DNA of 64,000 nt from an uncultured Desulfobulbaceae bacterium (GCA_945787325.1 CALZHP010000003.1:6070-70069), one strand, 5' to 3'. Positions 8,557-19,045 are shown, counted from the stretch's first letter. Program-made: numbers and translations. The notes: generated from the letters alone by a model not told the origin.

Positions 8557-9246
8557 TTAGAAAGGCCATACGTTGTCAAGCAATCGGACCAGCCAGCCGG
8601 GTTTCTGTTTATCACTAATTATCCCTTTACCGGTATATTCAATATCGGCATCGAGGATATGCTTTGAATCGACCAGATTCTGTGGAGAAATATCTTCCTG
8701 TCGCACAACCCCTGACAAGCGAATAATTTGGTTCTCGTTGTTAACGGCAACAGTTTTGCCACCGTTTATGCGGAGATTACCGTTAGGAAGTACTTCAACG
8801 ACTCGCGTAGTGAGAGTTGCGATCAAATCTTCTTTGCGTTTTGTTGTTCCAGTGCCCTCAAAGTCATTTTCATAACTGGCACTTACCAGACTTGTTGGAT
8901 CTATTGATTTATTGATCTTGGCGATATTGTCTTCAAGCCCGAACAGTTTACTAATACCTGCAGAAGCAGTACTGTTTCTACCAGTTGAAGTGCTTGCCTC
9001 CTTGCTGGCGCTAGCTTTTTCATATATTGCTACGGTCACGATATCACCGACGTTCCTGGCTTTATTGTCATAAAAAAGGCCCCCTCGGCGATCGGTCCAG
9101 AGAGAGCCGGCGGTTTCAGGCACAGCCGGAACAGCAACCGGTGGGGAAGAGGGGATGTGTACTTCCTCTACTTTAACGGTGCTTGTAGCACAGCCGGAAA
9201 GTAAAAATGCAACTGTTAGCAATAATGCGGTTGTTTTGTGCATCAA
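8557..9246 (-). CDS. flgH: Flagellar L-ring lipoprotein FlgH
   Basis: Lipobox LLSGC, then ...GSLWTD...LFYDNKARNVGDIVTVAI..E.ASASKEAST..., the FlgH pattern. Confidence 0.93.
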   Translation of the reverse strand: MMHKTTALLLTVAFLLSGCATSTVKVEEVHIPSSPPVAVPAVPETAGSLWTDRRGGLFYDNKARNVGDIVTVAIYEKASASKEASTSTGRNSTASAGISKLFGLEDNIAKINKSIDPTSLVSASYENDFEGTGTTKRKEDLIATLTTRVVEVLPNGNLRINGGKTVAVNNENQIIRLSGVVRQEDISPQNLVDSKHILDADIEYTGKGIISDKQKPGWLVRLLDNVWPF

Positions 9247-9247
9247 A

Positions 9248-9976
9248 TCAGATCTCCACTTTAACCAGACCGGGAGCCACCACTTTACATAGAATCTCTT
9301 TCTGGGAGTTGGTATTACGAACTTTTATCCAGGCACCTTTTTTACCGTTCCTGCGGGCAACACCCTTGGCTGTAACAGTAAGGGCGCCTTTACGAACAAC
9401 CATTGAAACAATATCACCGCGCTTGACCAGGGATGGGAACTCAACGGATGTACGATCTATCGGTTTGCCCAGTCTTAAGGAGCGCTTTACTTTTTTGCCG
9501 ATAAGTTCTTTGGGATCAAAGCTCGGGTTGCGCAAAGGGACTATATCCATTCGAACGAGATTGATATCACGCCTGTTAATTATTGATCCACGCTGCAGGT
9601 CTCCAGAAGCAACTGCAACCGGTGCAATTGCTTCCAACTTGGCGCGTACAGCTATATTTTTTTCAACCCTACCATCTACCCTGAAAATCAGAGTGAAGCG
9701 GTGGCTTTTCAGGATAGCCGGGTCCGATGGAATAACTTCGATGTCGAGTTTTCCCTTCGGCAGTGTGAAAGGTTTCGCGAGCTGGATATTCCTTAAACGT
9801 ATTTCTGCCTGTGGAAGAAAGCTTTTGTTTCTTTCGATATAATCAGATAGAACTCTATCTATGCTATTCTGGTCTATCGTTACTGAATTGTCCGTGCTGT
9901 TTACCGCTTTACCAAATGCGGTTGAATTGATACACAGAACCAGAAGCAGAGTGATAGACCATTTGTAGATTTTCAC
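9248..9976 (-). CDS. flgA: P-ring assembly chaperone FlgA
   Basis: It has a signal peptide and a C-terminal SAF-like segment ...VKRGDIVSMVVRKGALTVTAKGVARRNGKKGAWIKVRNTNSQKEILCKVVAPGLVKV. It sits in the flgA slot. Confidence 0.8.
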   Translation of the reverse strand: MKIYKWSITLLLVLCINSTAFGKAVNSTDNSVTIDQNSIDRVLSDYIERNKSFLPQAEIRLRNIQLAKPFTLPKGKLDIEVIPSDPAILKSHRFTLIFRVDGRVEKNIAVRAKLEAIAPVAVASGDLQRGSIINRRDINLVRMDIVPLRNPSFDPKELIGKKVKRSLRLGKPIDRTSVEFPSLVKRGDIVSMVVRKGALTVTAKGVARRNGKKGAWIKVRNTNSQKEILCKVVAPGLVKVEI

Positions 9977-9986
9977 GATTTATTCA

Positions 9987-10772
9987 CTACAATAAGTTGT
10001 TTGTCATCTGGACCATTTCATCAGCTGTCTTAATGGCCTTCGAGTTAATTTCATACGCACGCTGGCCGGCAATCATATTGACCATTTCTTCCATGATACT
10101 TACGTTTGAACCTTCCAGGAATCCCTGTGAGATCACTCCAAGGCCACTCTCGCCAGGAACACCTGTTACAGGTGCCCCTGAAGCCGGTGTTTCTGAGTAC
10201 AGGTTTCTGCCCATACTGAAAAGTCCGGCCGGGTTGCTGAAGTTAGCAAGTTCAATCGTGCCGACTTGTGTACTGGAGGTACTGCCATCTAGATGGACAC
10301 TTACAGTGCCGTCTTCACCGATTGAAATTTTTGTGGCGTTTTCCGGGATAATGATTTCGGGGGCAAGAGGGTAGCCGTCCGAGGTTACCACTCTGCCGGT
10401 TCCATCTTTTTTGAAAGCTCCTGATCGTGTGTAAGCTGATTCGCCATTGGGAAGCTGAACTTGGAAGAGACCTGGACCTTCAATGCCAAGGTCGAGTTCG
10501 TTACTTGTCTGCTGGAAATCGCCAACTGTAAAAACCTTCTGGACCGCAGCGGGCCTGGTACCAAGACCGACCTGGATTCCAGTAGGAGACTCTGTTTCAG
10601 AAGATGTTGGGCTGCCGGGGGCTTTAGTGCTCTGATAGAGCAACTCCTGAAAGTCTGCCCGGCTTTTTTTGAAACCTGCAGTATTGACATTTGCCAGGTT
10701 GTTGGCAATCACATCCATGTTAAGCTGTTGTGATTCCATTCCTGTTGCTGCTGTCCATAATGCTCTGATCAT
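9987..10772 (-). CDS. flgG: Distal rod protein FlgG
   Basis: [42 protein letters not shown]... and C-terminal ...[35 protein letters not shown]. Confidence 0.94.
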   Translation of the reverse strand: MIRALWTAATGMESQQLNMDVIANNLANVNTAGFKKSRADFQELLYQSTKAPGSPTSSETESPTGIQVGLGTRPAAVQKVFTVGDFQQTSNELDLGIEGPGLFQVQLPNGESAYTRSGAFKKDGTGRVVTSDGYPLAPEIIIPENATKISIGEDGTVSVHLDGSTSSTQVGTIELANFSNPAGLFSMGRNLYSETPASGAPVTGVPGESGLGVISQGFLEGSNVSIMEEMVNMIAGQRAYEINSKAIKTADEMVQMTNNLL

Positions 10773-10824
10773 AATAATTCTCCTTTGTTATACTGCTGTC
10801 GCTGCGAAGTCCTCAGCTATTTAA

Positions 10825-11553
10825 TTATCCTAAGGACCCAAGTTCGTCGAGTTTGGACCCAATAGCTCCATAGGACTTTATTATTTTCTGGTATGATTCA
10901 AATGTGCGCAGGCTGTCCATCATCAAGGCCATTTCCTGCATCATATTTACGTTTGATGCTTCAAGATGTCCTTGTTGAACACGCGGTTGATCTACTTCCT
11001 GGTCATTTATGTCATCGGGTAAAGAAAACATCCCGTGTTCCTTTTTTTTCAGCAGAGATGTATCTTCAACAGTATATATAGCCAGCTGATCAACCTGACT
11101 GTCGCCGTCAAAGATCCTTCCCTCTTCGTCAACATCAACATCTGCGTTTGGAAGTGTGATGGGGCTGTTACCGGAATTCAAAACTGTCAGATCTGTTGTG
11201 GTTTTCAGGGTGCTGTCACCATCAAGTACGAAGTTCCCCGATCGCGTATAAAAGATATTGCCATCATCGTCCTGCACCTTGAAAAAACCCTCACCGTTGA
11301 TTGAAAAATCAAGATTTCTGCCAGTCGGCTGGCTTGCGCCCTGACTGAAGTCCACATAGTTATTGCGAGCGCGGGTGAAATTTATACCTTTTGCGCTAGT
11401 ATTTTGTTTAGCATCGTTAAGAACAGATTCAAAAATCAGACGTTCTTTTTTGAATCCGAAAGTAGTGGCGTTAGTCAGGTTATTAGTAATTATGTCCAGC
11501 GTTTTCATTTTTGCCAGATTGCCTGATAACGCGCTATACATTCCTGAACTCAT
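10825..11553 (-). CDS. flgF: Proximal rod protein FlgF
   Basis: It has rod-family termini (…ITNNLTNATTFGFKKERLIFES…; …LEASNVNMMQEMALMMDSLRTFESYQKIIKS). It is located upstream of flgG. Confidence 0.85.
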   Translation of the reverse strand: MSSGMYSALSGNLAKMKTLDIITNNLTNATTFGFKKERLIFESVLNDAKQNTSAKGINFTRARNNYVDFSQGASQPTGRNLDFSINGEGFFKVQDDDGNIFYTRSGNFVLDGDSTLKTTTDLTVLNSGNSPITLPNADVDVDEEGRIFDGDSQVDQLAIYTVEDTSLLKKKEHGMFSLPDDINDQEVDQPRVQQGHLEASNVNMMQEMALMMDSLRTFESYQKIIKSYGAIGSKLDELGSLG

Positions 11554-11589
11554 TTTTGCTCCCCTGTTATATTATCCCTATACAAATAC

Positions 11590-11616
11590 TTGTCGGTCTT
11601 TTGGTTAATAACTTTA
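11590..11616 (-). promoter_or_regulatory. Possible sigma-28-like promoter upstream of flgF
   Basis: The minus-strand sequence reads TAAA-gttattaaccaaaag-ACCGACAA (15-nt spacing). The -10 is weaker, and rod genes are not usually sigma-28 dependent, so this is tentative. Confidence 0.3.
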
Positions 11617-11622
11617 ACTGTT

Positions 11623-12021
11623 TTACATTGCTACGTTGCTGGCAACGTTTGACAAATTAATGAGTTGTCCAGCTTCTCTGGTAGAAATATTGAGAACCAT
11701 AGCGATTTCTTCGGTGTCCATCCCATGACTGATAAGTGATTTAATATGACGATATTTTGAAGGTATTTCACTGTTCCGGTTACTGCTCATGAGCTGTGTT
11801 TTAATCTCTGCTTCATCAAGTTGCGCATGGAAGCTGTTATCTTTTTCACAGGAATTGGATGTGTTAGTGTTCAGGCATTGCAGAGCCTTATCAAGCTCCA
11901 GAACAAGCTTGGCGATTACCCGTTGCTGCAGATTCAACCTGCGGCGTAAAAAGAGGTAGGTCATCAGTAGTAAACTGCAAAAGCTGACGGAAGTGATAAG
12001 TGTCATATTCAGAGGTGTCAT
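11623..12021 (-). CDS. Small membrane-anchored protein with C-terminal helix-turn-helix-like segment (DUF2802-like by recollection)
   Basis: One N-terminal TM helix (LITSVSFCSLLLMTYLFL). The C-terminal ...SLISHGMDTEEIAMVLNISTREAGQLINL resembles a sigma-70 region-4/LuxR-type HTH. It lies immediately downstream of fliA. Confidence 0.5.
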   Translation of the reverse strand: MTPLNMTLITSVSFCSLLLMTYLFLRRRLNLQQRVIAKLVLELDKALQCLNTNTSNSCEKDNSFHAQLDEAEIKTQLMSSNRNSEIPSKYRHIKSLISHGMDTEEIAMVLNISTREAGQLINLSNVASNVAM

Positions 12022-12075
12022 ATCTTATGTACCTGTATGTTTTAACTTCCTGCCTGTTTGTATATGGATGAATTT

Positions 12076-12837
12076 TTAGTAAGATTCATTTCTATTTTTT
12101 AAAGCCTTTTTTATTTTCACTTTGAGCTTCATGAGTGCTTGGCTGTGAAGCTGTGAGACACGCCCTTCAGACACTTCCAGTATCCCAGCTATCTCTTTCT
12201 GATTGAGCTCTTCGTAGTAGTATAATGAAATGACCAACCGTTCTTTTTCGGAAAGTTTTCTGAGATGAGCGGCAATATCCTTAGTCAGTTCTTTTGATTC
12301 AATCCTTTCTGTAGGGGCTTTACCGTTTTCGTCCATCAGACTTTCCAAGAAATCACGGCCGTTTCTTGACCTATCGAGTGTTTCATGCAGGCTGACACAT
12401 CCCAGGTGACAGACTTGTCCCATCAACTTATGATAGTCTTCGAGATTCATATCCATAGCAGCAGCCATTTCTTCCTCCTCTGGAGAACGCCCCAGGGTTT
12501 TTTCCAGCCAGTCCATTGTTTTTGTCAGCCTGGAATGTTTTTCCCTTAAAGACCTTGAGAACCAGTCCATTTTTCGTACTTCATCAAAAATTGCTCCTCG
12601 TATACGATGCTCTGCAAAGGTTTTGAAAAGTATACCCTTGGATTCATCAAAACGGCTTGCAGCATCCAGCAATCCCATCATGGCAGCGCTTGCCATGTCG
12701 TCTCGTGTAAGAAAAGAAGGAACTTGAGGAACCATCCTTTCAACAATGCACTCAATCATCGGCATGTGACTCTTTATGAGAGCGTTTCTGTCATCTTCCT
12801 GATTTGTGTAGGGATTGTATTGTCTGTTCATCTTCAA
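12076..12837 (-). CDS. fliA: Flagellar sigma factor sigma-28 (FliA/SigD)
   Basis: It has sigma-70 family regions 2-4 (…DDMASAAMMGLLDAASRFDESKGILFKTFAEHRIRGAIFDEVRK…; …LNQKEIAGILEVSEGRVSQLHSQALMKLK). It follows flhG with a 4-bp overlap. Confidence 0.9.
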   Translation of the reverse strand: MKMNRQYNPYTNQEDDRNALIKSHMPMIECIVERMVPQVPSFLTRDDMASAAMMGLLDAASRFDESKGILFKTFAEHRIRGAIFDEVRKMDWFSRSLREKHSRLTKTMDWLEKTLGRSPEEEEMAAAMDMNLEDYHKLMGQVCHLGCVSLHETLDRSRNGRDFLESLMDENGKAPTERIESKELTKDIAAHLRKLSEKERLVISLYYYEELNQKEIAGILEVSEGRVSQLHSQALMKLKVKIKKALKNRNESY

Positions 12838-13757
12838 GTCTCACTGCCAAATGTTAGAAGGCTCTTCCAGAAAAACTGGACAGTTCCTTTTGGCATTTTC
12901 TCACGTTTTTCAGATGTAATACTTCCTGCCAGTGATTCGAAAGCTGCACTTGCTTTGGTTGCCGGGTAAAGATCAACCATGGCTTTCTGCTGTCTGATAG
13001 ATTCATGCATACGACGGTCAAAAGGAATGCCCCCTAGAAAGTCAATGGATATGTCCAGGTAGTGATCGGAAACCATTGTAAGTTTTCTAAAAACATTGAG
13101 GGCTTCATCCTCATCTTTTACCGAATTGACTATGAGGCAGAATTTCTTTTCATGATATTGCGTGGATAACAGTTTCATCAGGGCATAAGCGTCGGTAATT
13201 GCTGTCGGTTCAGGGGAAGTGACTACCAAAATGTCCTGGGCGGCTGTGTTGAAAAAAGTAACGTTTTCCGAGATACCAGCTTCGGTATCAATCAGAACGA
13301 CGTCGAAATAATCATGAAGTGTGTCAAGTTCTTCCATCAGCCGAATTTTATGGTCGGATTCAAGACGCGTAAATTTCTGAACACCCGAACCTGCAGGCAA
13401 TATTTTTATGCCATAGGGGCCTTCGACGATAATTGAGTTAAGGTCCTGTTCGCCGTTAAAGAAATGATTTAGGTTGTATTTAGGAGTTAGCCCGAAAACG
13501 ACATCAATATTGGCAAGTCCGAGATCGGCATCAATTATCAGGATTTTTTTGCCGGTTTTTGCAAGAGATATTGCTACATTTGCTACAACAGCTGTTTTGC
13601 CGACTCCTCCCTTGCCACTGGTGACTGAAAGAACCCACGAAGCCTTACCATTATCACCCGTCATTAATGCTGGAGACGTTTTTTGTCCGTTTAATGTCCG
13701 AAGAGTTTCAGCCTGATCAACAGGTTCTGCTGCAATATTAGCCATTTTGTTACCCAT
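12834..13757 (-). CDS. flhG: MinD/ParA-type ATPase FlhG (FleN/YlxH), flagellar number regulator
   Basis: It has the N-terminal FlhF-activating motif DQAETLR and the deviant Walker A SGKGGVGKT. It also has a C-terminal amphipathic tail, ...VQFFWKSLLTF. Confidence 0.88.
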   Translation of the reverse strand: MGNKMANIAAEPVDQAETLRTLNGQKTSPALMTGDNGKASWVLSVTSGKGGVGKTAVVANVAISLAKTGKKILIIDADLGLANIDVVFGLTPKYNLNHFFNGEQDLNSIIVEGPYGIKILPAGSGVQKFTRLESDHKIRLMEELDTLHDYFDVVLIDTEAGISENVTFFNTAAQDILVVTSPEPTAITDAYALMKLLSTQYHEKKFCLIVNSVKDEDEALNVFRKLTMVSDHYLDISIDFLGGIPFDRRMHESIRQQKAMVDLYPATKASAAFESLAGSITSEKREKMPKGTVQFFWKSLLTFGSET

Positions 13758-15036
13758 GTCGTTTACCCATGATGAGATCTGATATTTTCTTCGGGTTTGC
13801 CAGCATCAAATCTTCAGGAACTTTCTGGCCGTTAGTTAAATATGATATTGGATATTCATTATTGTTGTTGACACTGAGCAGATTGCCCAGTGTTGCACAT
13901 TCATCAATTTTACTGAAAACAATATTGTGAACAGGAAGTATACTGAAGCGATTAACGGAGTTTTCAAGGTTGTCTTCGCTATTGGTCGCAGATAAAACGA
14001 GATGATTTTCTATACCGAATTCCGGGCGAAGAAATGATGACAGCTCCTTTATGCTCATTTCATCCCTTGGGCTGCGCCCGGCAGTATCAATAAGGATAAG
14101 TTTTTTGTCATCGTGCTTGTTAAGCACATTTTCCATCTGGTCCGGTGAAATTACTACCTCTACCGGAAGGTTCATTATTTCCCCGTAAACTTTGAGCTGC
14201 TCTACGGCGGCTATCCTGTAAGTGTCTATAGTGACTAAAGCCACATTTTTATCAAAGTGTTTGAGGTAGCTTGCAGCAAGTTTTGCAACTGTTGTTGTTT
14301 TTCCTACACCTGTAGGTCCTATGAGTGCCAGACGTTTTGATTCTTTGCTGCTGACCTTTATAGGTCCACTTACCTTGAATTGACGTGAAATTTCATTATT
14401 GAAAAATGTTTTTAGAGTCTTTTTATCAGCAACTTGCTGGATGGATAGTTTTTTTGCAGCCGATCGCATCAGGTTCTCAGCAGCTCTCCCTCTGATGCCA
14501 TATGCAGCAAGTTCATCAAAACCCGATGCAAGCCAGTTACTATCAGTGATGTTGCTGGACTGTACATCTTTGTAAGAAGTGAAATCATCTACAATTTTTA
14601 TATCAGGTTTTTGGTGACTCGATATCTCTTCCATTGCATTATTGAAAAGGCCCTTGAGCTCCTTAATTTCATCTTGAAATTTGTCAAAATCAAGGGTTTC
14701 AACGCTCTGCCTGAGTTCTTTTACCTCTTCTTCGAGGGGGTCGATAACTTTGCGGTTTCGCCAGAGTTGTTCATAAGTGAGATTATCATCTATAGTCCTG
14801 ATATTTTCAGAATCTGAATGAATAGAAGTACTTTCTTGCGGAACGCGAGGGGCAGAACCTTTGTCAACATCGTTATCTATGGCAGCCGTTACTTCGACGA
14901 CCTGCTTGCTAAGTAAACCCTTACCTCTTTTGCGTACAGTTCTTGTCGATAGTATCAGAGCGTCTGGCCCGAGGGTCTCTTTCACTTTGCGAAGAGTGGA
15001 TTTTATGTCTTCAGATTCAAAAACTTTAACTTGCAT
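13750..15036 (-). CDS. flhF: SRP-type GTPase FlhF
   Basis: G1 GPTGVGKTTT, DTAGR, and an NG-domain layout, located between flhA and flhG. Confidence 0.88.
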   Translation of the reverse strand: MQVKVFESEDIKSTLRKVKETLGPDALILSTRTVRKRGKGLLSKQVVEVTAAIDNDVDKGSAPRVPQESTSIHSDSENIRTIDDNLTYEQLWRNRKVIDPLEEEVKELRQSVETLDFDKFQDEIKELKGLFNNAMEEISSHQKPDIKIVDDFTSYKDVQSSNITDSNWLASGFDELAAYGIRGRAAENLMRSAAKKLSIQQVADKKTLKTFFNNEISRQFKVSGPIKVSSKESKRLALIGPTGVGKTTTVAKLAASYLKHFDKNVALVTIDTYRIAAVEQLKVYGEIMNLPVEVVISPDQMENVLNKHDDKKLILIDTAGRSPRDEMSIKELSSFLRPEFGIENHLVLSATNSEDNLENSVNRFSILPVHNIVFSKIDECATLGNLLSVNNNNEYPISYLTNGQKVPEDLMLANPKKISDLIMGKRHG

Positions 15037-17107
15037 GGAGTTTCACCGTTCCTAATGATCTGACTTTAAGGTGTGGAGCGATCTCATTATGAGAAATAAC
15101 TGACAAGTTAGGGAGGTAACGTTCGGTCAATCTTTTGACATGAGGTCGGATAGTTGGCGTGCAAAGTAGAACCGGCTGCATTGAACCATCAAAGTTGTTC
15201 ATGCTTTGAGATAGGCCGTCGAGAATAGACTGGGCTTTCTGAGGGTCTATGGCTAAATAACTGCCTTGTCCCTTGTTTTGAACAGCCTGTTGAATGGTCT
15301 CCTCCACTTCTCTGTCAAATGTAAGCAGTGGTAGTATGTTGTCGCCCTGAGTGTATTTTGAGCTTATCTGCCGGGACATAGCGTGCCTGACGTGCTCGGT
15401 AAGTACATCAACTTCCTGAGTTGAAGGTGCCAGATCAGCCAGGGTTTCTAGAATCGACCTGAGATCCCTAATAGATACATCTTCTCTTAATAAGTTTTGT
15501 AGTACCTGCATAACTGTTCCAAGGCTTAAAAGGTTTGGCACCAGCTCTTCTACTAGCTTCGGATACGTCTTTGCAAGGTTATCTAGCAAGTTCTGTGCCT
15601 CTTGCCTTCCAAGTAGTTCATGAGCATGTTGATTTATTATCTCGCTGATATGAGTGGCCATTACTGTCGTACAATCAACAACTGTATAACCCGCTATCTG
15701 GGCGCGTTCTTTCTTGTCTTCATTGATCCAGATGGCGGGAAGACCAAAGGCTGGTTCTACTGTTTCGACTCCTTTGAGATTTTCAGTTGCAGTGCCGGGG
15801 TTCATTGCAAGGAAGTGGCCGGGAAGCATTTCTCCGTCAGCTAAAGGAACACCTTTCAGTGAAATACGGTATCCGTTAGGTTTGAGCTCAAGATTATCTT
15901 TTATATGTATTGGAGGGACTATAAACCCGCTGTTCATTGCAAACTGTTTTCGTATGGATCGGATCCGATTCAATAGCTCGCCGTTCTGAGCTGCGTCAAC
16001 AAATGGAACCAGGCCGTATCCTACTTCAAGCTCAAGCAGGTCGATGGCAAGATCCTGGTTGAAATCTTCTTCAGCAGGTGGCAACATTGGTTGTTCCTCT
16101 GATAATGTTTCTTCTTCAGTATTTTTTTTGCGGTCCAGATGATAAGCAAGATAAGCTGTCATCCCAGAAAGAAGGAGAAATGGGATAAATGGCAGGCCAG
16201 GTATAAGAGCGAAAATGAGAAGAACAGTAGAAACAACCCATATTGCCTGCGGGTGAAGTGAGAATTGAGTTTTAAGCTCGGAGGCAAAGTCTGAAGTACC
16301 CGCAGTTCTTGTAACCAGAAGGCCTGCAGTTGTTGAAATGATGAGAGCAGGTATCTGCCCCACGAGACCGTCACCAACAGTTAGAATTGTATAATTGGCT
16401 GCTGCTTCTCTCACCGGCATCCCTTTTTGCAACACACCAATTACAAATCCGGCACCAATATTTATAAAGGTAATAATAATACCGGCAATGGCATCTCCTT
16501 TTACAAACTTGCTGGCACCGTCCATGGCGCCGTGAAATCCGGCTTCATCGGATATCTCTTTGCGCCGCATGCGAGCTTCATCATCATCAATGAGTCCGGC
16601 ATTCAAATCTGCGTCGATAGCCATCTGTTTTCCGGGCATGGCGTCGAGGGTAAATCGTGCTGCAACTTCGGCTATTCTTCCTGCGCCTTTTGTGATAACT
16701 AGAAAATTTATAACGACGAGAATTATAAAAACTACAAGACCGACGACATAGTTGCCCCCCACTACAAACTGTCCGAAAGACTGAATAACAGTACCTGCGG
16801 CACTGGGTCCTTCATCACCACGGAGCAGAATGAGCCTGGTGGAAGCTACATTCAGTGATAATCTGAAAAGAGTTGTTGCAAGAAGAACTGACGGAAATAT
16901 AGCAAAGTCTAGAGCGCGAACGGTGTATAGACTTATGATAAGAATTAATAGTGCAATAGTGATATTGAGTGAAAGAAAAACGTCCAGGACTAGTGGAGGT
17001 AAAGGTATTATCATCACCATGAGAATGGTGACAAGCCCCAGTGCAACAAGGATGTCGCTTCTGATTATATTTTCAGACCATTTTTTCTGAGCAAGAGCCT
17101 GTATCAT
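15026..17107 (-). CDS. flhA: Flagellar export gate protein FlhA
   Basis: At 693 aa, it has an N-terminal polytopic domain with ...FPSVLLATTLFRLSLNVASTRLIL... and the FHIPEP region. Confidence 0.96.
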   Translation of the reverse strand: MIQALAQKKWSENIIRSDILVALGLVTILMVMIIPLPPLVLDVFLSLNITIALLILIISLYTVRALDFAIFPSVLLATTLFRLSLNVASTRLILLRGDEGPSAAGTVIQSFGQFVVGGNYVVGLVVFIILVVINFLVITKGAGRIAEVAARFTLDAMPGKQMAIDADLNAGLIDDDEARMRRKEISDEAGFHGAMDGASKFVKGDAIAGIIITFINIGAGFVIGVLQKGMPVREAAANYTILTVGDGLVGQIPALIISTTAGLLVTRTAGTSDFASELKTQFSLHPQAIWVVSTVLLIFALIPGLPFIPFLLLSGMTAYLAYHLDRKKNTEEETLSEEQPMLPPAEEDFNQDLAIDLLELEVGYGLVPFVDAAQNGELLNRIRSIRKQFAMNSGFIVPPIHIKDNLELKPNGYRISLKGVPLADGEMLPGHFLAMNPGTATENLKGVETVEPAFGLPAIWINEDKKERAQIAGYTVVDCTTVMATHISEIINQHAHELLGRQEAQNLLDNLAKTYPKLVEELVPNLLSLGTVMQVLQNLLREDVSIRDLRSILETLADLAPSTQEVDVLTEHVRHAMSRQISSKYTQGDNILPLLTFDREVEETIQQAVQNKGQGSYLAIDPQKAQSILDGLSQSMNNFDGSMQPVLLCTPTIRPHVKRLTERYLPNLSVISHNEIAPHLKVRSLGTVKLHAS

Positions 17108-17110
17108 TAA

Positions 17111-18169
17111 CTAGTTCCCTTTTAAAGTGTATACATAGGCCAGAATCTCTGCTACAGCTTTAAACATCTCTTCAGGAATACTGGACCCTATTTCCACTTT
17201 ATGCAACGCCCGTGCCACAGGAACGTTTTCAATAATGGGAACACCATTTTCTCTTGCAATCTCTCGGATTTTCATAGCGAGATGATCTGCACCTTTTGCC
17301 ACAACCTGTGGAGCTTCCATTTCTCCTCGTCTGTAAGCAAGCGCCACTGATATGTGTGTCGGGTTTGTTATTATCACATCGGCCTTGGGAACCTCGGCCA
17401 TCATTCGTTTTCTGGCGATCTGGAACTGTATTGATCGGATGCGTGATTTTACATGCGGATCACCCTCTGCTTCTTTGAATTCTTCTTTTGTTTCCTGCTT
17501 TGTCATCATCATCTGCTGTTCCATACTCCACCGAACAAACATGTAGTCGAGCACAGCCAGAAAAATAAGAATACCACAGCATTTCAGCAGTATAAGTGCA
17601 GCCACCTTTCCTACAAAAAGGAGTGTCTGATTCACATCCATGTCTACCAGAATGAGGGCCCCATCAAATTTATCAATAACAGTACTGTAAGCTACAGCGC
17701 CCACCAGCAGTACTTTAGCAAGTGATTTTATTACCTCGACCAGTGATTTTTTAGAGAAGAACTTCTTGGCCCCTTTTATAGGATCCAGTTTAGCAATGTC
17801 AGGAATCAACGGTTTGGTGGTAAAAAGCCAGCCGATCTGCAGAAAACTTGAGAAAAAGCTGATGACCAGCACAAGCAATAGTAATGGACCTATCAAGAAC
17901 GCCAATTTCTGGAGAATGAAGCCGGTAAGGTCTACTATAGCATCGGGAGAAACCGTAAACTCTCCTGCTTTATTCCATAATCCTGAAGTGAGAGATGAAA
18001 GTTGGTTCCAGAAACGCGGCGCATAAAAAAACCAGAACAGAAGGGTGGTAGATAATAATACCGCAGTGTGGACTTCTTTGCTTTGCGCGACCTGCCCTTT
18101 CTCACGAAAATCGGCACGTCGCTTGGCAGTCGCTTTTTCTGTACGTTCTTGTTGAGAAGTCTCTGGCAT
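17111..18169 (-). CDS. flhB: Flagellar export switch protein FlhB
   Basis: N-terminal ...QERTEKATAKRRADFREKGQVAQSKE and the autocleavage motif NPTH (ITNPTHISVALAY). Confidence 0.95.
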   Translation of the reverse strand: MPETSQQERTEKATAKRRADFREKGQVAQSKEVHTAVLLSTTLLFWFFYAPRFWNQLSSLTSGLWNKAGEFTVSPDAIVDLTGFILQKLAFLIGPLLLLVLVISFFSSFLQIGWLFTTKPLIPDIAKLDPIKGAKKFFSKKSLVEVIKSLAKVLLVGAVAYSTVIDKFDGALILVDMDVNQTLLFVGKVAALILLKCCGILIFLAVLDYMFVRWSMEQQMMMTKQETKEEFKEAEGDPHVKSRIRSIQFQIARKRMMAEVPKADVIITNPTHISVALAYRRGEMEAPQVVAKGADHLAMKIREIARENGVPIIENVPVARALHKVEIGSSIPEEMFKAVAEILAYVYTLKGN

Positions 18170-18177
18170 TTATTATC

Positions 18178-18954
18178 TCAAAGCATCTGGAATATGTTAA
18201 GGAATCGGTCACCCAGGGCGTCAAATTCCCGACTTAAAAGAACTGCAACGATATTTAGTGTCAAACCAATGACAAAAAACGACAGCCCTATATTCAGAGG
18301 AAATGAAAGCAGAAAAACGTTTAATTGTGGAAATACCCGTGCGAGTATCCCGAGAACGAGTCCCGAAAGGAGCAGGACTGCTAAAATCGGTGCACTGAAT
18401 TTTATACCCAGAACAAACATGCCGCTTGCCAGTTTCATAAGAAACGGAACGGCCCCACCTGAAAAGTCGAGCGCCCCAGGTACTATCAATTGATACGATT
18501 CAACTATGGCGCGAAGAAAAATATGATGGACATCGAGTGCAAGAAAAATGAGTATTGCAAAAACATTCTGGAACTGAGAAATCTGAGAGATCTGATGGTT
18601 TGTTTGCGGGTCAAAAACATTCGCCGCAGCAAAACCCATCTGATAGCCGATAACTGTCCCACCATATTCAATGGCTGTGAAAATAAGTCGTGCAGTCAGA
18701 CCTATCATGAAACCCAGAAGTGCCTCATTGGTTATAATGAATGCGAGGTTGAGCAGAGTCAGATTCCGAGTGGGAATATAAGGTTCGAGCACGGGAAAAA
18801 GCAGGAGTGCGAGGCCAATTGAAAGTCCAACACGAATCTTTGCCGGAACTTGAATACTACTGAAAACTGGAATACTTCCGAAAAGAGCTGCAACCCTGGC
18901 AGCACAAATCAGAAATATCTGGATTTTTTCTATAGAAATGAAGGGGATTTCCAA
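18178..18954 (-). CDS. fliR: Flagellar export apparatus protein FliR
   Basis: A 258-aa polytopic membrane protein in the fliPQR-flhB order. Confidence 0.9.
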   Translation of the reverse strand: MEIPFISIEKIQIFLICAARVAALFGSIPVFSSIQVPAKIRVGLSIGLALLLFPVLEPYIPTRNLTLLNLAFIITNEALLGFMIGLTARLIFTAIEYGGTVIGYQMGFAAANVFDPQTNHQISQISQFQNVFAILIFLALDVHHIFLRAIVESYQLIVPGALDFSGGAVPFLMKLASGMFVLGIKFSAPILAVLLLSGLVLGILARVFPQLNVFLLSFPLNIGLSFFVIGLTLNIVAVLLSREFDALGDRFLNIFQML

Positions 18955-19045
18955 AGTAACCCTCAGTATTTCTCGGAATTATTATATTTAGTAGTCCGGT
19001 TGTCTTTGATTGAAATTATGAAGGAACTGGTTGCCAGTTTTATTC

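Noticed and set aside
9207-9842. 211-aa plus-strand ORF overlapping flgA and the flgH start
   Set aside because: It is entirely antisense to two well-supported flagellar genes. It has an Arg/Ser/Leu-rich shadow composition, with no SD and no recognisable motif.
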